Part shown: in pieces, positions 19,400 through 25,723 of the stretch
Layout: each line of letters starts with the position of its first letter
Position numbering within the stretch: the first letter of the stretch is position 1
Source of the DNA: a virus
Lineage: Duplodnaviria > Heunggongvirae > Uroviricota > Caudoviricetes
Virus record (IMG/VR): IMGVR_UViG_2788499997_000004
Direction: 5' to 3' (one strand)
DNA length: 64,000 nucleotides
The notes under the pieces: model-generated
Seen by the model: the letters and a program-made list of their open reading frames with translations, nothing else
The model's database searches: none
Told to the model about the DNA's origin: nothing
Made by a program: the position numbers and the translations under genes

Positions 19400-19537
19400 G
19401 GTCCTTTAGCTCAGTAGGTAGAGTAGATGACTGTTATACATCACTACATCAAATAAAGAAAGTTAAGTACGTGATGTATGTCAACACTTTGTGTTGATAA
19501 ATCATGGTTACAGGTTCGAATCCTGTAGGGACCACCA
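19400..19537 (+). tRNA. tRNA-Asn (GUU)-like gene interrupted by a 64-nt insert (19437-19500) between positions 37 and 38
   Basis: Acceptor GGTCCTT/AGGGACC+ACCA, D arm TAGCTCAGTAGGTAGAGT, anticodon half GATGA-CTGTTA | insert | A-TCATG, T arm ACAGGTTCGAATCCTGT. The insert folds into two hairpins (ATACATCAC/GTGATGTAT and TCAACAC/GTGTTGA). Confidence 0.45.
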
Positions 19538-19565
19538 AATATACATTTTTTGTGACAAACAATAT

Positions 19566-19642
19566 TGGTGAGTAGCGTAGTTGGTTAGCGCAATCGGCTG
19601 TTAACCGATGGGTCGTGGGTTCAAGTCCCACCTCGCCAGCCA
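19566..19642 (+). tRNA. tRNA-Asn (GUU)
   Basis: Anticodon arm ATCGG-CTGTTAA-CCGAT, T arm GTGGGTTCAAGTCCCAC; CCA encoded. Confidence 0.65.
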
Positions 19643-19643
19643 T

Positions 19644-19719
19644 GGCCTGTTCGTCTAAAGGTTAGGACACAACCCTTTCACGGTTGCAATGTTGAGTTCA
19701 AGTCTCACACAGGTCACCA
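19644..19719 (+). tRNA. tRNA-Glu (UUC)
   Basis: Closely resembles Firmicute tRNA-Glu; anticodon arm CAACC-CTTTCAC-GGTTG; CCA encoded. Confidence 0.65.
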
Positions 19720-19724
19720 AAAAT

Positions 19725-19797
19725 GGACATCTAGCATAATGGTAATGCAAAGGGCTAATTACCCTTTATGATATCGGTTCAAGTCCGATGATGTTCA
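19725..19797 (+). tRNA. atypical tRNA-like gene (loop CTAATTA), no encoded CCA
   Basis: Same architecture as 19277-19349: D arm GCATaatggtaATGC, anticodon stem AAGGG/CCCTT, pyrimidine at position 37, a 6-nt variable region, and the T arm ATCGGttcaagtCCGAT. Confidence 0.35.
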
Positions 19798-19857
19798 GAA
19801 TCTAATAATTATATAGACTATGTATTATGTATTGTTATTAGGGCTTAGCCCTAAAGT

Positions 19858-19934
19858 GGACATTTAGCTCAGGTGGTTAGAGCCATCGCCTCATAAGCGA
19901 TTGGTCGGAGGTTCAAGTCCTTCAATGTCCACCA
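19858..19934 (+). tRNA. tRNA-Met or Ile2 (CAU)
   Basis: Anticodon arm ATCGC-CTCATAA-GCGAT; D arm TAGCTCAGGTGGTTAGAGC; CCA encoded. Confidence 0.6.
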
Positions 19935-19944
19935 TATAAAGATG

Positions 19945-20018
19945 GTGAGGTTAGCTTAATGGTAAAGCGCTGGACTGTGGCCCCAGTTATGCGAGTTCGA
20001 TTCTCGTACTTCACACCA
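19945..20018 (+). tRNA. tRNA-His (GUG)
   Basis: Anticodon loop CTGTGGC; an extra G precedes the acceptor stem at 19944 (possible G-1); CCA encoded. Confidence 0.5.
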
Positions 20019-20023
20019 TATAT

Positions 20024-20100
20024 TGGAAAGTAGCTCAGTTTGGTAGGGCGCACGCTTTGGGAGCGTGAGGGCATGGGTTCAAATCCCATCTTTCCAGCCA
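20024..20100 (+). tRNA. tRNA-Pro (UGG)
   Basis: Anticodon arm CACGC-TTTGGGA-GCGTG; acceptor TGGAAAG/CTTTCCA; CCA encoded. Confidence 0.6.
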
Positions 20101-20106
20101 TATATG

Positions 20107-20182
20107 CCACCATAGCACAACTGGCAGTGCAACTGACTTGTAATCAGGAGGTTGGAGGTTCGATTCCTTCTGGTGGCACCAT
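20107..20182 (+). tRNA. tRNA-Thr (UGU)
   Basis: Anticodon loop CTTGTAA; acceptor GCCACCA/TGGTGGC; CCA encoded. Confidence 0.55.
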
Positions 20183-20187
20183 ATACG

Positions 20188-20274
20188 GGGAGGTATGCCT
20201 AGTGGCGATGGCACCTGACTGTAAATCAGGCACGTTAGAAACACCGGTGGTTCGAATCCGCCCCTCCCCACCAT
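20188..20274 (+). tRNA. tRNA-Tyr (GUA), long variable arm
   Basis: Anticodon arm CCTGA-CTGTAAA-TCAGG; acceptor GGGGAGG/CCTCCCC; CCA encoded. Confidence 0.6.
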
Positions 20275-20281
20275 TTCAAAT

Positions 20282-20370
20282 GCCCAAATGGTGAAATCAG
20301 GTAGACACACTGGACTTAAAATCCAGAGGAAAATAATTCCGTGCCAGTTCGAGTCTGGCTTTGGGTACCA
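20282..20370 (+). tRNA. tRNA-Leu (UAA), long variable arm
   Basis: Anticodon arm CTGGA-CTTAAAA-TCCAG; CCA encoded. Confidence 0.6.
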
Positions 20371-20376
20371 TATTTT

Positions 20377-20451
20377 GCGGGTGTGATTCAACGGCTAGAA
20401 TGTCAGCCTTCCAAGCTGAATACGTGGGTTCGATTCCCATCACCCGCTCCA
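20377..20451 (+). tRNA. tRNA-Gly (UCC)
   Basis: Anticodon arm TCAGC-CTTCCAA-GCTGA; acceptor GCGGGTG/CACCCGC; CCA encoded. Confidence 0.6.
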
Positions 20452-20456
20452 TAAAT

Positions 20457-20546
20457 GGAAAGTAAATCCAAGAGGTTTTGGAACACGCCTGCTAAGCGTT
20501 GTGTGGGTATGACACCCATGAGTTTCGATTACTCTGCTTTCCGCCA
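20457..20546 (+). tRNA. tRNA-Ser (GCU), long variable arm
   Basis: Anticodon loop CTGCTAA; long extra arm GTGGGTatgaCACCCA; CCA encoded. Confidence 0.5.
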
Positions 20547-20549
20547 TAT

Positions 20550-20625
20550 ACGTCCTTAGCTCAGAGGAAAGAGCACGCGCCTTCTAAGCGTGATGTCAAA
20601 GGTTCGACTCCTTTAGGGCGTACCA
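20550..20625 (+). tRNA. tRNA-Arg (UCU)
   Basis: Anticodon arm CGCGC-CTTCTAA-GCGTG; CCA encoded. Confidence 0.6.
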
Positions 20626-20634
20626 ATTCAATAT

Positions 20635-20711
20635 CGCGGGGTAGAGCAGTTTGGTAGCTCGTCGGGCTCATTCCCCGAAGGTCGCAAGTTCAAATCTTGC
20701 CCCTGCAACCA
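20635..20711 (+). tRNA. initiator tRNA-fMet (CAU)
   Basis: Near-identical in outline to E. coli tRNA-fMet (CGCGGGGT.GAGCAG..TGGTAGCTCGTCGGGCTCAT...CCCGAAGGTCG...GTTCAAATC...). Has the C1-A72 mismatch and three G-C pairs in the anticodon stem. Position 37 is T. Confidence 0.65.
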
Positions 20712-20713
20712 AT

Positions 20714-20788
20714 GGTGCATTCGTATAATGGTTAGTATGCTTGACTGTCTATCATGAGATAGGGGTTCGATTCCCCTATGCACCGCCA
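20714..20788 (+). tRNA. tRNA-Asp (GUC)
   Basis: Anticodon loop CTGTCTA; acceptor GGTGCAT/ATGCACC; CCA encoded. Confidence 0.5.
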
Positions 20789-20794
20789 AAAAAC

Positions 20795-20879
20795 GCCGAA
20801 TGTCCGGGTGGTGAGGAAGGAGTCTTGAAAACTCTGGGCGGGCAACCGCTTGCAGGTTCGAATCCTGTGTTCGGCGCCA
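20795..20879 (+). tRNA. tRNA-Ser (UGA), long variable arm
   Basis: Anticodon arm GGAGT-CTTGAAA-ACTCT; CCA encoded. Confidence 0.5.
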
Positions 20880-20880
20880 C

Positions 20881-20956
20881 GGTTTCGTAGCTCAATAGGT
20901 AGAGCGCGTGGCCGAAGACCACGGCAGTATTGGTTCAATTCCAGTCGAAACCACCA
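20881..20956 (+). tRNA. tRNA-Phe (GAA)
   Basis: D arm TAGCTCAATAGGTAGAGC; anticodon arm CGTGG-CCGAAGA-CCACG, with C at position 33; CCA encoded. Confidence 0.55.
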
Positions 20957-20961
20957 TAAAT

Positions 20962-21040
20962 GGGAAATGGGACTGCTTGGAGTGGTCATCTGTTTTGCAC
21001 ACAGAACATCAGATGGGTTCGAATCCCATATTTTCCACCA
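20962..21040 (+). tRNA. tRNA-Ala (UGC)
   Basis: G3-U70 wobble in the acceptor stem (GGGAAAT/ATTTTCC); anticodon arm TCTGT-TTTGCAC-ACAGA; CCA encoded. Confidence 0.6.
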
Positions 21041-21047
21041 AAAATCT

Positions 21048-21122
21048 AGGAGCGTAGCACAAAGGTGAGTGTACACGACCGATAATCGTGCGATGTAAGT
21101 TCGAGTCTTGCCGTTCCTACCA
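21048..21122 (+). tRNA. tRNA-Ile (GAU)
   Basis: Anticodon arm CACGA-CCGATAA-TCGTG, with C at position 33; CCA encoded. Confidence 0.5.
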
Positions 21123-21129
21123 TTTATAT

Positions 21130-21201
21130 CATCTGTAGCTTATATGGTAAAGACACAGCCGTTAGTGCTGGGGAAGTTTGGTTCGACTCCAGACCGGATG
21201 C
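21130..21201 (+). tRNA. degenerate or atypical tRNA-like gene (anticodon loop CGTTAGT; would be UUA if read canonically)
   Basis: Good T arm TTTGGttcgactCCAGA and a 6-of-7 acceptor pairing, but the D arm is poorly paired, position 33 is G, and no CCA follows. Confidence 0.3.
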
Positions 21202-21613
21202 CAGAGTTAAGGATTCTCTGAGAAAAATCTATATTGGAAAGGACCACGGTGAGGAACTGTAAGCTTTTTTGCGACACTATTCCAAAACCGAAAGCATCTA
21301 GCTAATGCCTTGTTGGTCTGAGTTTCAAGTGCGAGGTTTGGGGCAGCTTGAACAAGAAATCGTATGGGAATAAAAAATCTGACGACAGCCGGATTGACAA
21401 TATATTTCCGTCCTGTATAGGTAAAAGTGGTTTGATGTGAACCGTCAAAAGAAAAAACATCGCTGTCAAATACCGAACAAAGGATAAGAGTAGGTAAAAG
21501 ACAAACCAGAATTCTTGAGGCTATTAACCTCTATTTGAATATCATTGAATAAGTTAATGGTCAACAGTCCATTGGGTAACTCCATAGGAGCGCTGTTAGG
21601 TCTTTTCTTTTAT

Positions 21614-21690
21614 AGCAGAATGGCGAAATTGGTAGACGCACAGGACTTTGACTCCTGCATTTGAAGGTTCGAACCCTTCTTCTGCTGCCA
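21614..21690 (+). tRNA. tRNA-Gln (UUG)
   Basis: Acceptor AGCAGAA/TTCTGCT; anticodon arm CAGGA-CTTTGAC-TCCTG; T arm GAAGGttcgaacCCTTC; CCA encoded. Confidence 0.6.
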
Positions 21691-21714
21691 AAATACTCAA
21701 ATGGGGTGATAGAT

Positions 21715-22299
21715 TTGTCAACTTATTATGATTATTATGTTTTTATTAAAAAGGATAATAAGTATAAGTATGCTGGATACTATGATATCTCTGGCAAACC
21801 CCTTCCCATATATTATCATACCCGTAGCTTCTCATACGGTTTCTTAGATTATGGACAATACGTTAATGACCTAGATAAATATGGTATCCATTTACCAAAC
21901 GAAGGTGATGAGGAAGATGAAGCCAGATTTGGTTACCTTTTCCAATTACCAGACATAGATTCCATTCCAGACAGAAGCCATAAAGAAGCTTATATATATC
22001 AAACTCTACAAAGAGATATGGAAATTAATCATTTCGAATATGACATAGAAGAATATTTGGAAAATGATGAAGAATCTGTCGATGGGCATCCACTTGTTAT
22101 CTGCAAGAGCGAATTTGATAGATTGTCATTAGATAAACAAAGGGAATATTTTTACTATCACTGGACTGATTATGAAGATATGTCCTACCATAGAAATATT
22201 CTATGTACCATCATCAATAACTGGATTAATATAAGACAATTCAAGGAATTCAGTGATGTAGATAGAAAAGACATTTATATTGTTGCCTTTGGAGGGTAG
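21715..22299 (+). CDS. hypothetical Tyr/Asp/Glu-rich protein
   Basis: The track ORF starts at 21661, inside the tRNA-Gln T arm. The real start is more likely TTG 21715 or GTG 21706, after GGGGTGA. Confidence 0.4.
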   Translation: MSTYYDYYVFIKKDNKYKYAGYYDISGKPLPIYYHTRSFSYGFLDYGQYVNDLDKYGIHLPNEGDEEDEARFGYLFQLPDIDSIPDRSHKEAYIYQTLQRDMEINHFEYDIEEYLENDEESVDGHPLVICKSEFDRLSLDKQREYFYYHWTDYEDMSYHRNILCTIINNWINIRQFKEFSDVDRKDIYIVAFGG

Positions 22300-22312
22300 G
22301 GGGGTGATGTAA

Positions 22313-23041
22313 GTGCAATGTAAAATATATAAACGCACTTGGTCGTTGAAAAGGAAGTATCAATCAGAAGCGAGTTGTTATTATCTTTTTGATATTGATT
22401 ATCCTTTTCCTTATAAACCATCCTATTTAAAAGCTCACAATTATCCTCGATTTTGGTGGACAACAGAATGGAATCTTATCTGTGATGAATTCAATCCTGA
22501 AAAGTATGAAGATATGGAATGGTTTAGGAAGAATGTTGCAGGATGCTTTGTGTCTCCTAAAGCGCTTAAATATATTCCATTTGCCAAATCAGATGATGAT
22601 TTCCCTGTCCATGAAATATATGAAATAGAAGTTGTACAATATAAGGTAGTCAATGAAATGGGCTATCCTATAGATATGAATAACTATATCAGTGATTATA
22701 TTGAGGAAAATATTAGAAGGCGTAAGGAAACAGCACAACATTTCGATATTGGTCGTTATTATCCATCTCTACGCTACTATTGGCGAAATCCTCAAACAAC
22801 AAATGAAAAAAGACAGCAGTTATCTAAAGAGGAGAAAAGATACTATCAGGAAAACGGATGGCCTATCCAAGAACGTTCTAAAAGAAATGCAAGGAATTTG
22901 CCAGACCTGTTTGACGATAAATTCATCCATGTTGATAAATGCTGGAAATCTCAGACTCGTCAGTCTCGACAATATTTTAGAAATAAAAGAGCCAAAAGAA
23001 AAAGAATTCATGGAGAGGAATATAGGAATTTTGTGGGGTGA
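22313..23041 (+). CDS. hypothetical protein with basic C-terminus
   Basis: 242 aa; C-terminal RNKRAKRKRIH. Confidence 0.4.
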   Translation: MQCKIYKRTWSLKRKYQSEASCYYLFDIDYPFPYKPSYLKAHNYPRFWWTTEWNLICDEFNPEKYEDMEWFRKNVAGCFVSPKALKYIPFAKSDDDFPVHEIYEIEVVQYKVVNEMGYPIDMNNYISDYIEENIRRRKETAQHFDIGRYYPSLRYYWRNPQTTNEKRQQLSKEEKRYYQENGWPIQERSKRNARNLPDLFDDKFIHVDKCWKSQTRQSRQYFRNKRAKRKRIHGEEYRNFVG

Positions 23042-23340
23042 TATTCTTGTCATATACTCAAAAACGTCATTCAAAAGAAGATATTCGACATGAAGCATGT
23101 GTTCATATCAAAAGAAAAGAAAAAATATTAAAGAATGTTTATGATGCGGGCAATGGTGAATGTAAAAACAATGAAAAACTTGGCTCTTACTACGGATACA
23201 CGAAAGGAAAGTCGCACCGTCTTTCAAAAGGCAAAATTCATTGCTCCTGTCCAATGTGTAGAGAAAAGACGAAGGAAAGAGGATGGAAACACGCTGATGA
23301 AGTCAATATGATGAAAGGACTTGAAGATGAGAGAGAATAG
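23038..23340 (+). CDS. small basic Cys-containing protein (paralog of 25187-25444)
   Basis: SHRLSKGKIHCSCPMCREKTKERGWKHADE aligns with THRLSDAKIHKSCPLLQRKTNKLGYSYSDKK in the downstream paralog. Confidence 0.4.
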   Translation: MIFLSYTQKRHSKEDIRHEACVHIKRKEKILKNVYDAGNGECKNNEKLGSYYGYTKGKSHRLSKGKIHCSCPMCREKTKERGWKHADEVNMMKGLEDERE

Positions 23341-23469
23341 CCAATGTGAATGATGGATAATTCTAGAAAAAATCCGTCAAGACTCTACTCCTATTGAGGA
23401 TGGGAAAAACTCAAGCTGAAAGATGCACCAATAACCAAGTATAAGAGAAAGGCTATCATATATATTTAT

Positions 23470-23544
23470 CTGTCTGTAGTCCAATGGATAGGACGCAGAG
23501 CTACGAACTCTGAGATGGTGGTTCGATTCCATTCAGGCAGACCA
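23470..23544 (+). tRNA. tRNA-Arg (ACG)
   Basis: Acceptor CTGTCTG/CAGGCAG; D arm GTCCaatggataGGAC; anticodon arm CAGAG-CTACGAA-CTCTG; CCA encoded. Confidence 0.6.
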
Positions 23545-23557
23545 GTGAGGTATTAAG

Positions 23558-24169
23558 ATGATAAGAGATTTTGTTTATCAGAGACTTGAATCTATGATAA
23601 ACACTGTACCAACAGAACATTCTCAATCTCTTAATCAATATGCGAAAGATTTTATAAAAGGAATACAAGAGAAGTGTGATGTCACAATGTCACATGTGTT
23701 TATCGAGAACTTCCCTATGATTGTTGCTGTTCATGATATAGGGAAAAAACATATTCCAGATTATATTTTAGAAAAAACAACTCAGTTGACGGATGATGAA
23801 TATGAATGTGTGAAACGTCATTGCATTTTAGGATATGAAGACTTGCAAAAAGCTTTCAACAACACATCTTTGAATAAAGAAGAAAGGGAGTTGATAGAAT
23901 TATGCAAGGAATCATGTTTATATCATCATGAAAGACTTGATGGGAGCGGATATCCTTATGGTTATAAGCAAATCCCTCTTATCGCTCAAATGGTAGGAAT
24001 TCTTGATAGTTTTGACGCTATGACTGTAAACAGATGCTATAAGAAAGCCATGAGCAAAGAAGAAGCTATCAAAAATCTTATTCAATCAGACAAATATAAT
24101 GAGGAATTTATTTATGTATTATCGGAGGTGATAGAAGATGAAAATGAAACTAGAAATTCAGACAAATGA
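23558..24169 (+). CDS. HD-GYP-domain phosphohydrolase
   Basis: VAVHDIGK (HD) and HHERLDGSGYPYGY (HD-GYP signature). Confidence 0.6.
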   Translation: MIRDFVYQRLESMINTVPTEHSQSLNQYAKDFIKGIQEKCDVTMSHVFIENFPMIVAVHDIGKKHIPDYILEKTTQLTDDEYECVKRHCILGYEDLQKAFNNTSLNKEERELIELCKESCLYHHERLDGSGYPYGYKQIPLIAQMVGILDSFDAMTVNRCYKKAMSKEEAIKNLIQSDKYNEEFIYVLSEVIEDENETRNSDK

Positions 24170-24344
24170 ATTGAATGTAACATATGAAGAATTAGTCAAT
24201 CATGTTAAAGACTCTTTAAAAATGAAGAATGTCCCTTTAACAAAAGTGAAAGATGTAAAAGCATATTATGTTCCTAACACAAAAGTTTTGTATTACACAG
24301 CCATGTATAATGGTGAAGAAATCAAAGGAGAAAAATACTTGTAG
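24138..24344 (+). CDS. hypothetical small protein
   Basis: 68 aa; overlaps the upstream gene. Confidence 0.3.
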   Translation: MKMKLEIQTNELNVTYEELVNHVKDSLKMKNVPLTKVKDVKAYYVPNTKVLYYTAMYNGEEIKGEKYL

Positions 24345-24790
24345 TTTTATACTTACAGTTTTCTCTTTATGCCAGCATTGTGATGAAACCTCCTCGTGGT
24401 TGCTGGTGGGTCGCGCTAATATCATCACAAGAAACAGACATATGGCTGAAAATCCTTTCAACGGGATAAGGCACACTTGCTTCATGGTGGGTGGAATTCC
24501 CATTATAGAAACTCGATTGAGATATAACATAAAGTGGTTCCAAGATGAACAATGCCGTTTGTAAATTGGCTGTGCGGACAAGGCTTTCCTATCCGGGTAA
24601 CAAGGAAAGGGAAATCCTTCTGGTGATGCAAATGTCGAGGCACAGGCTCCATGGTAGAAAAATCCAGAGAAGAAAAACATATGGTGATATATTCTGTAGT
24701 TGATGCCATGGTTGGAGGTCACAGAGTCCTTCTTTTATGCAATGAAAGCAAACGAGGAGCAGCTTGTTGAGGTATGTACGTCTGTTTTAT

Positions 24791-24865
24791 ATCGGGATAG
24801 CATAATGGTAATGCGCATGGCTCTGAACCATGTCAGTGGAGGTTCGAATCCTTCTCCCGATGCCA
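24791..24865 (+). tRNA. tRNA-Gln (CUG)
   Basis: D arm GCATaatggtaATGC as in the atypical pair, but a canonical loop: arm CATGG-CTCTGAA-CCATG. CCA encoded. Confidence 0.55.
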
Positions 24866-25014
24866 AAAAAATTTCAAAATTAGCAATTCATGATAAAATG
24901 ATAGTGGTAATCCTAATATCAGGAGCCACTATAATAGAAGATGGTAGCAGGGAACTATCATCTTCACTATACTATGACATTATTGATGATAGAAAACCAG
25001 TATCATCTTCAAAT

Positions 25015-25089
25015 ATCTCCATAGTTTAGTTGGTAGAACGTCGGTCTCCAAAACCGAAAGCAGATGTTCGAGTCGTCTTGGAGGTGCCA
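25015..25089 (+). tRNA. tRNA-Trp (CCA)
   Basis: Anticodon arm TCGGT-CTCCAAA-ACCGA; acceptor ATCTCCA/TGGAGGT; CCA encoded. Confidence 0.6.
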
Positions 25090-25090
25090 T

Positions 25091-25164
25091 GGTTTCTTGG
25101 CAGATTGGTTATGCGCAGGACTGCAACTCCTGTCAAGCTGGTTCGATTCCAGCAGAAATCTCCA
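25091..25164 (+). tRNA. tRNA-Cys (GCA)
   Basis: Anticodon arm CAGGA-CTGCAAC-TCCTG; CCA encoded. Confidence 0.6.
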
Positions 25165-25186
25165 TAAATTCTATTGAGGTGATTTT

Positions 25187-25444
25187 ATGTCTTATATGAG
25201 AAAAAGACACGACAGAGCTACAAAGCTTCGTAATGATTACAAGCACATGGCTCGCAAGAAAGAAATCATCCGTAATACATATACGGATAGCTTTTGGAGG
25301 GATGAAAGAGCAAAGAAAAGACTCTTTACGCATCGTCTAAGCGATGCCAAGATACACAAAAGCTGTCCTTTGCTTCAAAGGAAAACAAATAAACTTGGAT
25401 ATTCATATTCAGACAAGAAAAGAATGAAGCCTATTGAAGCGTAA
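25187..25444 (+). CDS. small basic Cys-containing protein (paralog of 23038-23340)
   Basis: 85 aa; see the paralog alignment above. Confidence 0.4.
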   Translation: MSYMRKRHDRATKLRNDYKHMARKKEIIRNTYTDSFWRDERAKKRLFTHRLSDAKIHKSCPLLQRKTNKLGYSYSDKKRMKPIEA

Positions 25445-25677
25445 AGAAAATTTCAAGCGTGAAGGGTATCTCTTGCAGATAGCATCCTTTTAAAAAGTAA
25501 GTCATATTATAAAGTATATAAGGATACTCTTTTACTCGCTATCAGATAGCTTGAAATTTGTGAACGTACTTTTCTGTTGTGTGCTTTCCTTGGAAAGCAT
25601 TTGATGTAGCATCCTTTTAATTCTAAAAAACGGAAGATTGGGGAAGCAGAAAAGCTTATTGCTACAAGATAGTTCGC

Positions 25678-25703
25678 ATGGGGCTTTATGCCCCTTTTCT
25701 TTG
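25678..25703 (+). terminator. terminator-like hairpin immediately before the RBS of the next gene
   Basis: GGGGCtttatGCCCC followed by TTTTCTTTG. Confidence 0.4.
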
Positions 25704-25723
25704 TATATAAGGAGGTATAAAAC

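Noticed and set aside
19449-21076. Six-frame ORFs of 60-118 aa overlapping the tRNA island (19449-19643, 19922-20113, 20035-20391, 20040-20294, 20732-21076, 20850-21068)
   Set aside because: They fall entirely on back-to-back tRNA genes, on both strands, and their Gly/Pro/Arg-rich translations are typical of reading structured GC-richer RNA; spurious.
24345-24790. tmRNA within the GC-rich non-coding block
   Set aside because: No tag-peptide reading frame ending in ...LAA-stop and no independent tRNA-like acceptor/T-arm end; the only T arm nearby belongs to the complete tRNA-Gln(CUG).
24237-25029. ORFs 24237-24722, 24268-24564, 24503-24709 and 24700-25029 in the second non-coding block
   Set aside because: Mutually overlapping on both strands, no RBS, Cys/His/Trp-rich nonsense composition; they overlap tRNA-Gln and tRNA-Trp.
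19150-25164. tRNA island as an integration (att) site with an adjacent integrase
   Set aside because: No tyrosine or serine recombinase ORF and no flanking direct repeats of a tRNA 3' end in this window; the tRNAs form an expressed array under its own promoter.
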